From: an uncultured bacterium
GTDB taxonomy: Bacteria > Chloroflexota > Ktedonobacteria > Ktedonobacterales > JADMIN01
DNA: 64,000 nt
Direction: 5' to 3'
Assembly (NCBI GenBank): GCA_963733745.1
Contig: CAVTFE010000002.1
Location: 70,558-134,557, forward strand
Both the position numbers and the translations under genes were made by a program. The notes under the pieces are model-generated. The model saw only the letters and a list, made by a program, of their open reading frames with translations, searched no databases and was not told the origin of the DNA. Shown here piece after piece: positions 48,597-58,116 of this stretch (positions are counted from its first letter, which is position 1; each line of letters starts with the position of its first letter).

Positions 48597-48671
48597 TCCT
48601 TAAGATCCTCGTCGTGTGTGGCTGACTTGTTGTGGAGGGGATGGCAGGCTCTCACGAGGATCTTAAGGACG
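48597..48671. repeat. 17-bp perfect inverted repeat (GTCCTTAAGATCCTCGT ... ACGAGGATCTTAAGGAC) with a 41-nt spacer
   Basis: Read directly: arms at 48597-48613 and 48655-48671. Confidence 0.95.
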
Positions 48672-48879
48672 CGATAGTGAGCACGGGAAACGGAGAACTG
48701 GTGGGATGACCTGTAAACTCGTATACTATCACTTCAGTTCCCATCCCCTGAGGCATTCGTGCTTGTAGAGCATGACTGCTTGTCCTAGCATAGAAAAGAA
48801 TGTCGGCTCGTGTGGCTCCCATGAGCCACTATACACAACCTAGGCGCCGTCGGAAATACGCGTTGTCGCAAGGAGGGCG

Positions 48880-50637
48880 ATGATGGGTGAATTGACTTCT
48901 CGCCCTAAGAAAGCTGGCAAGCGGACAGTAGCGGCCTCAGCGGCCTTGCAGGCTAGTAACCACCTAGCTGCAACTGAATCAGCGGCGTATCTGGCGGCTA
49001 TCGTCGAATCGGCGGATGACGCCATCGTGAGCAAGACGCTCGAGGGGACTGTCACCAGTTGGAACGCTGGCGCCGAGCGGATGTTCGGGTATTCCGCGCG
49101 GGAGATGATTGGGCAGCCGATTCTCCTCTTGATCCCGCCTGACCGTCAACGCGAAGAAGAGCTCATACTCGGGCGTCTGCGGGCTGGGAAACGCATTGAG
49201 CACTTCGAGACGGTGCGCGTGAGGAAAGATGGTCAGCTTCTAGACGTTTCGCTCACGATCTCGCCGGTGCGAAACAGATCTGGCGTCATTATTGGGGCGT
49301 CGAAGATCGTGCGCGACATCACCGAGCGACGCAACCTTGAGACGGCAGTACGCGTGAGCGAGATGCGGCTTCGCTTGGCGCTCAACGCTGCCGCGATGGG
49401 CACATTCATCTGGCATGTCGCGGAAGATCGCACCGAGTCGGATGCGCAGATGCTGGCGCTGTTCGGGCTACCTCCTGACGGCGCCATTTCACTCGCGCAG
49501 GCGCTGGCGACGATGATCCATCAAGAGGACAGGAACCGCTACGCTGAAGCAGTCGCTCGTGCGACTGATGTCGAAGGAGATGGAGAACTACAGGAAGACA
49601 TCCGCATCATTTTGCCCGACGGCTCGCAGCGGTGGCTCGCGGTTGTAGGTCGGGTCTTCTTCGAGGGTGAGCCGCGACACCCGACCTACATGGCTGGCGC
49701 TGTGACGAATATTACCAACCGAAAGGATGCTGAGGAGACGCTACAACGCGCGCATGACGAACTTGACCAGCGTGTACGCGAGCGAACACGAGAGCTTGCC
49801 ACTGCCAATCGCTCCCTGCGACGCCTCTCACGCCAGGTGATGGAGGTGCAAGAAACCGAACGGCGACGCATTGCGCGTGAACTGCACGATGAGATCGGCC
49901 AGGCGCTCACTGGTGTCAAGATGATGCTTGAGTCAGCGAGCCTACAAGCGGAAGCGCGTGGGCTGAAAGATACAGCGGATATTGCGCCGCTCTTCGAGGA
50001 GCGCGCACTGATCGAGGACACGTTGAACCGTGTGCGCGACCTTTCACTGGATCTGCGCCCGGCGATGCTGGATAGCCTTGGTCTGTTGCCTACGTTGCTC
50101 TGGCGCTTTGAAACCTACTCGCGCCAGACAGGCCTTCAGATCGAGTTTCATCACTCTGGGCTTGAGGAGCGCTTCGCCTCAGAGGTCGAAACAGGAGCCT
50201 ATCGGATCGTGCAGGAGGCATTGACCAACGTCGTGCGGCACGCTGCCGTTTCTGCGGTACGGATCCACCTCTTAGCGACGGATGAGGCGCTCCACATCTA
50301 CGTCATCGATGACGGGGTGGGCTTCGAGTCCGATGAGGCCATCGCAGCAGGCCTCTCAACCGGCCTAGCCGGGATGCGTGAGCGTGCGACGCTTCTGGGT
50401 GGGGTCTTCCTCCTATCGTCCGCTCCTGGCGCAGGAACTACCATCGAGGTTGAGTTGCCATTCCCGCGTCGCGAAGGCGCCGAACGTGGGAGAGATGACG
50501 AGCGAGATGCGGCGCGAGGTGCTACGAGGGGTGAGGCCAGGGACAGACAACGCGATCTGGAGCGAGATGCGGCCAGGGATGCTGCGCATGACGCCGAACA
50601 TCCTCGAAGCGATAGAGGCAAGGAACAGATGTCATGA
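48880..50637 (+). CDS. PAS-domain sensor histidine kinase (NarL-partner HisKA_3 type) with an Arg/Asp-rich tail
   Basis: AAGGAGG RBS. Two PAS-like segments. H-box ERRRIARELHDEIGQ. HATPase (DDGVGF, GLAGMRERA). Confidence 0.9.
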   Translation: MMGELTSRPKKAGKRTVAASAALQASNHLAATESAAYLAAIVESADDAIVSKTLEGTVTSWNAGAERMFGYSAREMIGQPILLLIPPDRQREEELILGRLRAGKRIEHFETVRVRKDGQLLDVSLTISPVRNRSGVIIGASKIVRDITERRNLETAVRVSEMRLRLALNAAAMGTFIWHVAEDRTESDAQMLALFGLPPDGAISLAQALATMIHQEDRNRYAEAVARATDVEGDGELQEDIRIILPDGSQRWLAVVGRVFFEGEPRHPTYMAGAVTNITNRKDAEETLQRAHDELDQRVRERTRELATANRSLRRLSRQVMEVQETERRRIARELHDEIGQALTGVKMMLESASLQAEARGLKDTADIAPLFEERALIEDTLNRVRDLSLDLRPAMLDSLGLLPTLLWRFETYSRQTGLQIEFHHSGLEERFASEVETGAYRIVQEALTNVVRHAAVSAVRIHLLATDEALHIYVIDDGVGFESDEAIAAGLSTGLAGMRERATLLGGVFLLSSAPGAGTTIEVELPFPRREGAERGRDDERDAARGATRGEARDRQRDLERDAARDAAHDAEHPRSDRGKEQMS

Positions 50638-51290
50638 CGACTATTGTATTGGCCGACGATCACCCGATCGTGCGGGAGGGACTCCGTCGCTTGCTGAACA
50701 CCCAACCGCAGTTCACAATCATCGGTGAAGCGGAGAATGGGCGTAGCGCCCTCGAACTCATCGAGCGACTCCAGCCAGACATCGCTTTCGTCGATCTCAT
50801 GATGCCTGATCTCAACGGGCTGGAGGTCACCAGGCGAGGACTGCGAGCCTCCCCCACCACTCGGGTGCTGCTGCTTTCGATGTATTCCGATGAGCCGCAT
50901 GTCCTCGAAGCGTTACGCGCAGGCGTGATGGCCTACCTCCTCAAGGGAGTGGGTGCTGAGACACTGCTGTTTGGTGTACACGAGGTCCTGGCGGGACGTC
51001 GCTATCTGAGCCCGCCGCTCTCCGATCGCGCGGTAGAGGTGTATGCGTCCCTGGCTGGCGCGACTGACGGTCCAACAGACGCCTATGCCCTCTTGACGGC
51101 GCGCGAGCGCGAAGTGCTGGAACTCCTCGCGCGTGGCGCGAGTTATGCAGAGATCGCCGAGAAGCTCACAATCAGTCCTCGCACGGCCGAGACACATCGT
51201 ACGAACATCATGCGCAAGCTCGACCTCAAAACGTCCGCCGACATCACACTCTACGCTGTCGAGCGCGGCCTAATTGATCCAGATTTGTAA
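50634..51290 (+). CDS. NarL/FixJ-family response regulator
   Basis: ATGA overlap with the kinase gene. REC domain (VLADDHPIVREG...DLMMPDLNG). LuxR HTH (LTAREREVLELLARGASYAEIAEKLTISPRTAETH). Confidence 0.95.
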   Translation: MTTIVLADDHPIVREGLRRLLNTQPQFTIIGEAENGRSALELIERLQPDIAFVDLMMPDLNGLEVTRRGLRASPTTRVLLLSMYSDEPHVLEALRAGVMAYLLKGVGAETLLFGVHEVLAGRRYLSPPLSDRAVEVYASLAGATDGPTDAYALLTAREREVLELLARGASYAEIAEKLTISPRTAETHRTNIMRKLDLKTSADITLYAVERGLIDPDL

Positions 51291-51468
51291 GAAACATGCC
51301 CACATTCATTGAGACAGCTACGGGCACGCCACTGCTGTAGTACAGGATGCCCGTATGTCTTTCGATGACAAGGTCATCTATCCTGTAGTTGGGTTGCGCC
51401 ATACTCATGGGAGTGCGTGAATACTCCAAGCGTGGCTCTATCGCACTCTAGGCGTAGATGGGCTGCAC

Positions 51469-51690
51469 ATGAACATATCGGTTGGAGAGCAGATACACGA
51501 GATCATCGAGTCGCTCCTTCTCGTGGAGGCAAAGTCGAAACGGATGCTCAGCGCCGCCAAGGCGAAACACCTTTCCTTCGGGCTAACATACGACTATGTC
51601 GATGACGACATTGCTCAGATCATTGGGCGGTTGCGGTATATGGAGCTTGTCGCAGATCATCAATACACAGCGCTTGACCTTGATGGCTAA
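51469..51690 (+). CDS. Hypothetical small protein
   Basis: ORF only, no clear RBS, in a lower-GC spacer. Confidence 0.25.
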   Translation: MNISVGEQIHEIIESLLLVEAKSKRMLSAAKAKHLSFGLTYDYVDDDIAQIIGRLRYMELVADHQYTALDLDG

Positions 51691-52192
51691 CCGCATTCAC
51701 TTGGGCTGCGAGAGGACACCTCCCTGCGACGCAGGCCAATGATGTCTCACCAGCATATTCCAAGAGAGTAACGCGTCATAGTCATGGCCCTGCCTTCTCA
51801 GGGCGCGTTTGTGTTGGCCAAGAGGCGAGAGGGTCCTGCTGGCTACGGGCAGCGAGAGGTCGAAGTACGGGATTACCGTATTCTCCTTAGACAGACAAGC
51901 GGGTATCCTTGTCTTCGGTCGATCAATGAAGGAACGAGCCAGGATCTGCCTCGCTCAACCTGCACATCGGTCACGCCGCGAGCACGCAAGGACTGCGTCT
52001 ATGTTGGCAGGGAGGCCAACCTTGTGGCGCAAAGAACAGTTATGGCGCGAGCGCTCATCGGTAGGCGCTTGGGGGATGCGCTACTGGCGTGCATCTCTGA
52101 CAGCTAATTTGTCAGCGAGCGCGAATGTCGCTCGATACCCACCCGATCCGGCGCGACGAGCGCTGGCGCCTTATTGGTCCAAGGAGGGACAG

Positions 52193-52621
52193 ATGTTATC
52201 ACAACGCAACACGCACTACTGGCTCTGGTTCCTGTTGTTCGGCGTCGTCTCGGCGCTCGTCACGGCGTCCAAGGGTGAAGGAATCACCATCGAGACGATG
52301 TGGCTGCTCATCGCCGGATTTGTGGGGCTCGTGCTTGGCGCGTTTCTTCCATCCCTGGCGCGCCCCTTCGATTTGGTGATCGGGCTGCTCTTTACCGCGG
52401 TTGGTTTGCTGGGGATCCTGCACAACTTCGGCTTGAACCTGACCGGGGGTACGGGACTGGCGCCCAACGCGATTGACGACACGGCGATTCTCGGTCTAAG
52501 CCTGAGCCTGCCGTATGCGCTGATTCACACCGTGCTGGGGCTGACCTCGCTCAGCCATGGGTTGCGGGCGCGTGTGGCGACCAGTCGGGTCGCGGTGGCG
52601 ACGCCTGCGATGGTGGAGTAG
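52193..52621 (+). CDS. Small membrane protein (DUF4383-like)
   Basis: AAGGAGG sits 5 nt before the ATG at 52193. Four hydrophobic helices. GLLGILHNFG / HTVLGLTSL are reminiscent of DUF4383. Confidence 0.6.
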   Translation: MLSQRNTHYWLWFLLFGVVSALVTASKGEGITIETMWLLIAGFVGLVLGAFLPSLARPFDLVIGLLFTAVGLLGILHNFGLNLTGGTGLAPNAIDDTAILGLSLSLPYALIHTVLGLTSLSHGLRARVATSRVAVATPAMVE

Positions 52622-52722
52622 CGCGCTCTACGGGCTGTTTTCTCTCTTCTGTCCCGGTGGATGAAGAAGTCCACCATTCGAGATAAGCGTTTGGACACGC
52701 TTGATGCGAAAGGATTCACGCT

Positions 52723-52995
52723 ATGTTGATCAATCTGTTGGTCTGGCTCATCGTCGGTGGGGTCGCAGGATGGCTGGCCAGCCTGCTGGTGCAGGGAACG
52801 GGCATGGGCATCGTTGGCGACGTGATCGTCGGTATCGTTGGTGCCTTTATTGGCGCCTTCGTCCTTTCGCTGCTGTTGCCGGGTACGTTTGGCATCAGCG
52901 GCTTTAATCTGGCCAGTCTGATCGTCGCCTTCATCGGCGCGGTGATCCTGCTCTTCATCGTCAAGCTCTTCACGGGCCGTCGCGCCGTCTCCTAG
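52723..52995 (+). CDS. GlsB/YeaQ/YmgE (transglycosylase-associated) stress membrane protein
   Basis: LLVWLIVGGVAGWLASLLVQGTGMGIVGDVIVGIVGAFIGAFV is the family hallmark. Confidence 0.9.
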   Translation: MLINLLVWLIVGGVAGWLASLLVQGTGMGIVGDVIVGIVGAFIGAFVLSLLLPGTFGISGFNLASLIVAFIGAVILLFIVKLFTGRRAVS

Positions 52996-53154
52996 ACTCG
53001 GCGGTGCGTCAGGAGCGCCTGACAGCACAAGCGGGGAGGGTGTGACAAGGATGTCGCAGCCTCTCCGTTCTCATCTTATGATGCCTTCGCCTGCCTCTTG
53101 GCCTGTACGCACACGAAAGCAAGCAGGACCGAGGGTTATGGGAAGGACTCCGTT

Positions 53155-53457
53155 ATGCAGGGCTTCTTCAGTTTCATTCGCCACCTCTTTGGCGCGATGC
53201 TAAAAGGCTTCTTCTTTACCGGACTGGTCGCTGCGGTCGCGTGCGCCGCCATCTTGTTTGTCACCGAGCCGAATCACCAGCCGACGCTGGACACCTCGAT
53301 GGTTTTCGGACTCGCCATCGCGTTTCTGGCTGGGATCGTGGGCGCAGCAGTGGCGCTGATCTACCATCTCAGCCACCTCGATGGCATTCATCACACCGTC
53401 CAACACTACAGCGAGATGCGCGCCGCCCAGCGCCGACAACGGTCGAGCGCCCGCTAG
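53155..53457 (+). CDS. Hypothetical membrane protein (2 TM)
   Basis: GGAAGGA sits 8 nt before the ATG at 53155. Two hydrophobic helices. Confidence 0.5.
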   Translation: MQGFFSFIRHLFGAMLKGFFFTGLVAAVACAAILFVTEPNHQPTLDTSMVFGLAIAFLAGIVGAAVALIYHLSHLDGIHHTVQHYSEMRAAQRRQRSSAR

Positions 53458-53553
53458 TCAGAAGCGCGATCCTGTCAATCATATGCCAGTGTGGAAGGCG
53501 CACACAGACTGCATGTCATGAAGATAGGAAGAGTGAGGAGAAAGGTCACGAAC

Positions 53554-54393
53554 ATGAACATAAGGGATACGAGCTTCCCTTCTGGCGCACCCGTCTACGA
53601 TGCGGGCGGTGAGAAATTGGGTACAGTGAGCGACCGGCAGGACAAGGACGGCTTCCTCGTCGTGCACAAAGGCCATCTCTTTAGTCGCGATGCGCTTATC
53701 CCCCACGCCGCTATTGATTGGAGCGATATGAACGGCGTCCATCTGCGCGTGCGCAAGGACGAGCTCAAGGGGCTCAACCAGACGCCGCTGCCGGAGTCGA
53801 CCGCAACGATGGCGCACATTACCGGCAATCCCGGCGTGTTCGCCTCTGATCCGCTTCCGGTTCCTGTCGTTACAGGTGTTCCAGAGCCAGAAATGGGGCT
53901 AGCCACTCCACTTCCCAGTGCTGCCTCAGTGAATTCTTCCCCTGCATCCGCGCCAGCCGTTGATGGGATACGCGAACAGGTCGGCCCGCTCGTCGACACC
54001 TTGCGCGAGCGTGTCGGCCCTGTGGTTGGTCCTCTCGCCGATCAGGTGAAGGATCAGGCGTCGGCGGTGGCCCAACAGCAGATGACCTCCGCTGCCGAGG
54101 GACTCGAGAGCGCGGCGGGCGCGGTCAACGTGGTTGGCGACCGGATGCGCGAGAACCATCTGGGCGAGTTATCACAGTATACCGACCTGGCCGCCGAGCA
54201 GATCGAGAAGCTGGCGACCTGGCTGCGCACGACGACGCCCGACGAGATCGCGCACGACATCGAGGACTTCGCCAAGAAGCAGCCAGCGGTCTTCGTCGCC
54301 GGCGCGCTCGCCCTTGGCTTGATCGGCGTACGCTTCCTGCGCAGCACGAGCCAGGATCACAACCAAAATAGCGACGAGACGAAGAATGACTGA
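53554..54393 (+). CDS. PRC-barrel/DUF2171-like N-terminal domain protein with a C-terminal membrane anchor
   Basis: VYDAGGEKLGTVSDRQDKDGFLVVHKGHLFSRDALIPHAAI is PRC-barrel-like. The C-terminus FAKKQPAVFVAGALALGLIGVRFLRST is paralogous to the tail of 9829..10386. Confidence 0.7.
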   Translation: MNIRDTSFPSGAPVYDAGGEKLGTVSDRQDKDGFLVVHKGHLFSRDALIPHAAIDWSDMNGVHLRVRKDELKGLNQTPLPESTATMAHITGNPGVFASDPLPVPVVTGVPEPEMGLATPLPSAASVNSSPASAPAVDGIREQVGPLVDTLRERVGPVVGPLADQVKDQASAVAQQQMTSAAEGLESAAGAVNVVGDRMRENHLGELSQYTDLAAEQIEKLATWLRTTTPDEIAHDIEDFAKKQPAVFVAGALALGLIGVRFLRSTSQDHNQNSDETKND

Positions 54394-54860
54394 ACACGAG
54401 GCTGGACAGCGCTTGGGCGCGAGATAGAATGCCGGAGCAGGCGAAGTGGCTGGAGATCGCTGCGGTGACGGCGATGCAGCTCCTCTTGCGGCTGTTCAGT
54501 CCTCGGCCCAGCGGCACCATGCATGGGCCCACAGGCTCGCACCACATCTGGCTTACATGTCAGGTTGCTCGCTGTCTCGCGTTGCCCTACTGTCCATAAG
54601 CTGACCTCAATCCTCCACTAGGGGTGAGGCAAGGTGATAGAGGTGGGTGAAGATCTTTACTGTGAAGGCCGTCGCGTCACATATATCACCCAAGACCAGT
54701 CGATGAAGTTGACATCAGATGTAGACGAAGCGCAATTGCTGCGCTCCTTTGACAAGCCCAAGTATGATGAGTGGGCAATGCGAAGGACGGTAGCCTTTCA
54801 CCGAGGCAAGCTACCAGCGTGTGCATGGAAAAACCAAGCAGAGTGGAAGGACACCACCCT

Positions 54861-56096
54861 ATGTCTTCGATGGCGCCGCGTTCGACTGATGAGACCATCA
54901 CGACCTGGACACGCCGGTTCCTGATCGCGCTGACGATTCTGGCGTGGTTTGGCATCGCCGTCATGGTGATCTGGGGGCTTCGCCTCATTGGCTCAGTGAT
55001 CCTGCTCTACTCCATCGCCGCGCTGCTGGCCTTCGTCCTCTACCCCGTCGTCAAGGCGCTTGGCCGCGTAATTGGGCAGCGCATCGCGGCGCTCCTCGTG
55101 ATGCTCGTGACCCTCCTCGCGCTCGGCGCCGCGCTCTACTTCCTTGGCGCGACCCTCCTCGAGGAGATCGGCGTGCTCTCCGACCGACTGGCGTTTCTGG
55201 GTCAGCCCGACGCCATTCAACAGCTCCCCTGGCTCGCCGATCTGCTGTCCCGCTTCGGCGTCGACCCAGCGACCGTGCAACTGCCGCTGGCCGACTGGCT
55301 CGGGCAGGCGGTGGGTGGGTCAGGAGGAGTCGCTGCGTTTGCTGGAGGAGCCGTCTTTGCGCTGATCAATGTGGTCGCGGCGTTTACCATTATGATCTAC
55401 TTGCTCATGGATGGTGGGCGGCTGATCTTCTGGCTGCGCAGCGCAACGCCAATGGTGTATCGGCCCAGCATTGGCTTCCTGCTCGATACGCTCAACGAGA
55501 AAATGGGTGGATTCCTGCGTGGGCAGTTGCTTGTCGTCGTCATTATCACGATACTCATTGGGATTGGCTCCTACCTCATCGGCCTGCCCTATCTGGCGGT
55601 GTTTGTCGCGATTGTCTTCATCTGCGAGTTCGTTCCAGTGCTTGGGGGGTATGTCGCGGGAACCATTGGTATCCTCTTCGGCTTTAGCCAGGATGTGCGC
55701 ACGGGCCTGTTCATGATTGCGTTCGTCTCGATCATGTTTGGCGTGGTCGAGGGACAGATCCTCATTCCGCGCATCACTGGACGGGCGGTCCATGTCCATC
55801 CCCTCTGGGTGCTGGCTGGTCTTTTGATCGGAGCCGAGCTGTTTGGCTTGCCAGGCGCTATCTTCGCGCCCATTGTCACCGGCGTCCTCGACGTGCTCGT
55901 ACGCGCCTTGTGGGCGACATACCGCTACCTGCATCCTGAGCAATTCCCCCATACGCCGGAACCGGAGCCGCCTCCACCGCTCATTCCTGGCGTCGCGCCC
56001 ACCGATCCCGAGGCGTTCTTGCCCGAGGTGTTGGCTGCGGCGGCAGGAGTCATCGAAAGGAAGGCTGAGTCCACCGAAGATGAGAACGGCGCATGA
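54861..56096 (+). CDS. AI-2E family (PerM/UPF0118) transporter
   Basis: Multi-TM. Motifs FVPVLGGYVAGTIGILFGF and LIGAELFGLPGAIFAPIV are typical of the AI-2E family. Confidence 0.9.
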   Translation: MSSMAPRSTDETITTWTRRFLIALTILAWFGIAVMVIWGLRLIGSVILLYSIAALLAFVLYPVVKALGRVIGQRIAALLVMLVTLLALGAALYFLGATLLEEIGVLSDRLAFLGQPDAIQQLPWLADLLSRFGVDPATVQLPLADWLGQAVGGSGGVAAFAGGAVFALINVVAAFTIMIYLLMDGGRLIFWLRSATPMVYRPSIGFLLDTLNEKMGGFLRGQLLVVVIITILIGIGSYLIGLPYLAVFVAIVFICEFVPVLGGYVAGTIGILFGFSQDVRTGLFMIAFVSIMFGVVEGQILIPRITGRAVHVHPLWVLAGLLIGAELFGLPGAIFAPIVTGVLDVLVRALWATYRYLHPEQFPHTPEPEPPPPLIPGVAPTDPEAFLPEVLAAAAGVIERKAESTEDENGA

Positions 56097-58018
56097 GGAC
56101 TCCTCATTCTGCGTCGGCGTCCGCTCAGTCCTCACGCGGTGATCTCCCGAGTGCGCAGTCGTCACGTCAACTCGGCGCAGTGTTGTGCTGGGCGATTGTC
56201 TTCGCCGATATCGGCACGTCCGTCTATTATGTCCCCGGCATTCTCTATGGGACGGTTGGGCCACTCACTGGTCTCTTCGTGCTGGGAACCATGCTCATCT
56301 TTGTGCTGCTGGCACTCAAGTATGTCGAGGTCACCTACCGGTTTCCGCAAGGCGGCGGTGTGGTCACGGTCGCGGCTCATGCGCTCACTCCCTGGTGGGG
56401 CGCGCTTGGTGGCATGTTGATTCTCGTCGATTACTTCTTGACCGCCGCGATCAGTTCTCTCTCGGGGGTGCTCTATCTCAGCCTCATCCTCCCTTTGGGA
56501 GGCCTCTCGTTGTCCCTGTTTGGTATTGGTGGCGGCTTTAGCGCTGCAACTTGGCTCGCGCTGGCGATCCTGCTGGGACTGGGGATTCTCAACTGGCTGG
56601 GGATTGGCGTCAGCGCCGTCGTCAGCCTCATTGCCGCGTGTGTCGCCTTCCTTAGCGATGTCGCGATCCTCATCACGGTCTTTACTCATCTCTCGCTTGA
56701 CACGTTCTGGACGCTCTTCACAGGCATGTTCACCAGTGTCACGCTCACTCCTGTCCTGATTCTTGTCGGGTTCGCTGGCTCATTTCTTGCGTTCTCCGGG
56801 TTGGAAAGCATCTCGCAGCTGGCTCCAGACATGAAGTTGCCGCGTCGTCTGGTGAGCCGCAGCGCCATGGCGCTGGTGGTCGTGACGGTGGGACTGACGA
56901 CGCCGCTTCTCGTACTCTTCGCGACACTGGTACTGCCTGACGCGGCAGCTGATCCTGTGAGCTCGTCGCAACTCATCTCATTATTGGCCGGGAAGTGGGG
57001 TGGGGTATCGTTGCAAACGCTGGTCGCGCTGAGCGCTGGCGCATTGCTCATCTTTGCCGCCAACACGGCGATCATTGGGGCGTATCACGTTATGCTGGCG
57101 CTCGCGCGGCTCGACTTCCTGCCAGCGGCGTTTCTGCGCCGCAATCGCTGGCGAGGGACACCGCAATATGCCATCGCGCTCTCAACGCTTATCCCCATCT
57201 TGGCGCTGCTTCTCGTCGGCGGAGACATCGCCACCCTTGGCGCAATGTACGCCTTCGGTCTGCTTGGCGCCTTCGCGCTCACCAGCCTCGGCATGGACAT
57301 CGTCCGGCTACGCGAGCGCCGCGATCTGCGTCGTGGCATCGATCCCGATCGCGAGGTGGCTGATAGCGCGACGCGGTCCAGCGATCCGCCAGAGCCACTC
57401 AGCGCATGGGCGCGCTCAGGTCTCAATCTCGTACTGGGTTTTGTGACGACGGCGCTCGTGCTGCTGGCCTGGGCAATTAATCTGGTCGCAAAGCCGCTGG
57501 CGACTGCCTTTGGCGGAACTCTAGTGATTCTGGGTATGACGCTGGCCGTACTGATCCATCTGCGCCGGACAAGACAGGGACGTCGCCTCGTGCCGGCGAC
57601 AGGGGTCGAGCCTGGCTACGTCACGCAAGTCTTAGCTGTGCTGGCGGGAGCGGATCGGGCGCAAAACGAGGCCGTGATCCGCGCCGCGCTCACGCAGGCG
57701 GCTGGAGGGACGGTGGTGTTTCTCTATCTGGGCGATAAGCGCGCACTGGAGCCATCAGGTGTGTTTCGCCTCGCCGAGACACACCTGCATGACCCGTACG
57801 CCAGAGCCATCTTGGGCCGTGCACACTATCTCGCTCGCGCCGCCAAAACCGAGGCGCGCTTCATCTACCGCCAGTTGGAAGTTGACGCTGTCTCTTCAAT
57901 TTGGCAGGCGCTTCAGCCAGCAGAAGTCGCCTTGGCGCACGAGTGGGAGAACACGGTGGGCGCGATTCCTGCCACTCCGGTCATCGTACGACCTGATAGC
58001 GGCTTCGCTAGCGCATAG
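56093..58018 (+). CDS. APC-superfamily permease with a cytoplasmic C-terminal (USP-like) extension
   Basis: ATGA overlap with the upstream gene. 12-TM APC-like core (ADIGTSVYYVPG). Roughly 170-aa soluble tail. Confidence 0.8.
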   Translation: MRTPHSASASAQSSRGDLPSAQSSRQLGAVLCWAIVFADIGTSVYYVPGILYGTVGPLTGLFVLGTMLIFVLLALKYVEVTYRFPQGGGVVTVAAHALTPWWGALGGMLILVDYFLTAAISSLSGVLYLSLILPLGGLSLSLFGIGGGFSAATWLALAILLGLGILNWLGIGVSAVVSLIAACVAFLSDVAILITVFTHLSLDTFWTLFTGMFTSVTLTPVLILVGFAGSFLAFSGLESISQLAPDMKLPRRLVSRSAMALVVVTVGLTTPLLVLFATLVLPDAAADPVSSSQLISLLAGKWGGVSLQTLVALSAGALLIFAANTAIIGAYHVMLALARLDFLPAAFLRRNRWRGTPQYAIALSTLIPILALLLVGGDIATLGAMYAFGLLGAFALTSLGMDIVRLRERRDLRRGIDPDREVADSATRSSDPPEPLSAWARSGLNLVLGFVTTALVLLAWAINLVAKPLATAFGGTLVILGMTLAVLIHLRRTRQGRRLVPATGVEPGYVTQVLAVLAGADRAQNEAVIRAALTQAAGGTVVFLYLGDKRALEPSGVFRLAETHLHDPYARAILGRAHYLARAAKTEARFIYRQLEVDAVSSIWQALQPAEVALAHEWENTVGAIPATPVIVRPDSGFASA

Positions 58019-58116
58019 AGCAAATCTCCATGCGTCGTATTCCGAGGTCAGGAATATAAAGGCGCTCGACGTTCACAGTTTCTTTCACAAGGAGCTGGCG
58101 ATTCCTTACAAGAATG

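Noticed and set aside
54634-54924. 96-aa plus-strand ORF upstream of and overlapping the AI-2E gene
   Set aside because: GTG start with no clear RBS, and its 3' half overlaps the better-supported AI-2E start region in another frame. There is not enough evidence to call it.
55320-56264. 314-aa minus-strand ORF antisense to the AI-2E and APC genes (also 46703..47512, 17060..17758 and 45152..45733)
   Set aside because: All lie opposite well-supported genes and have the Arg/Asp/Gly-rich composition of shadow frames.
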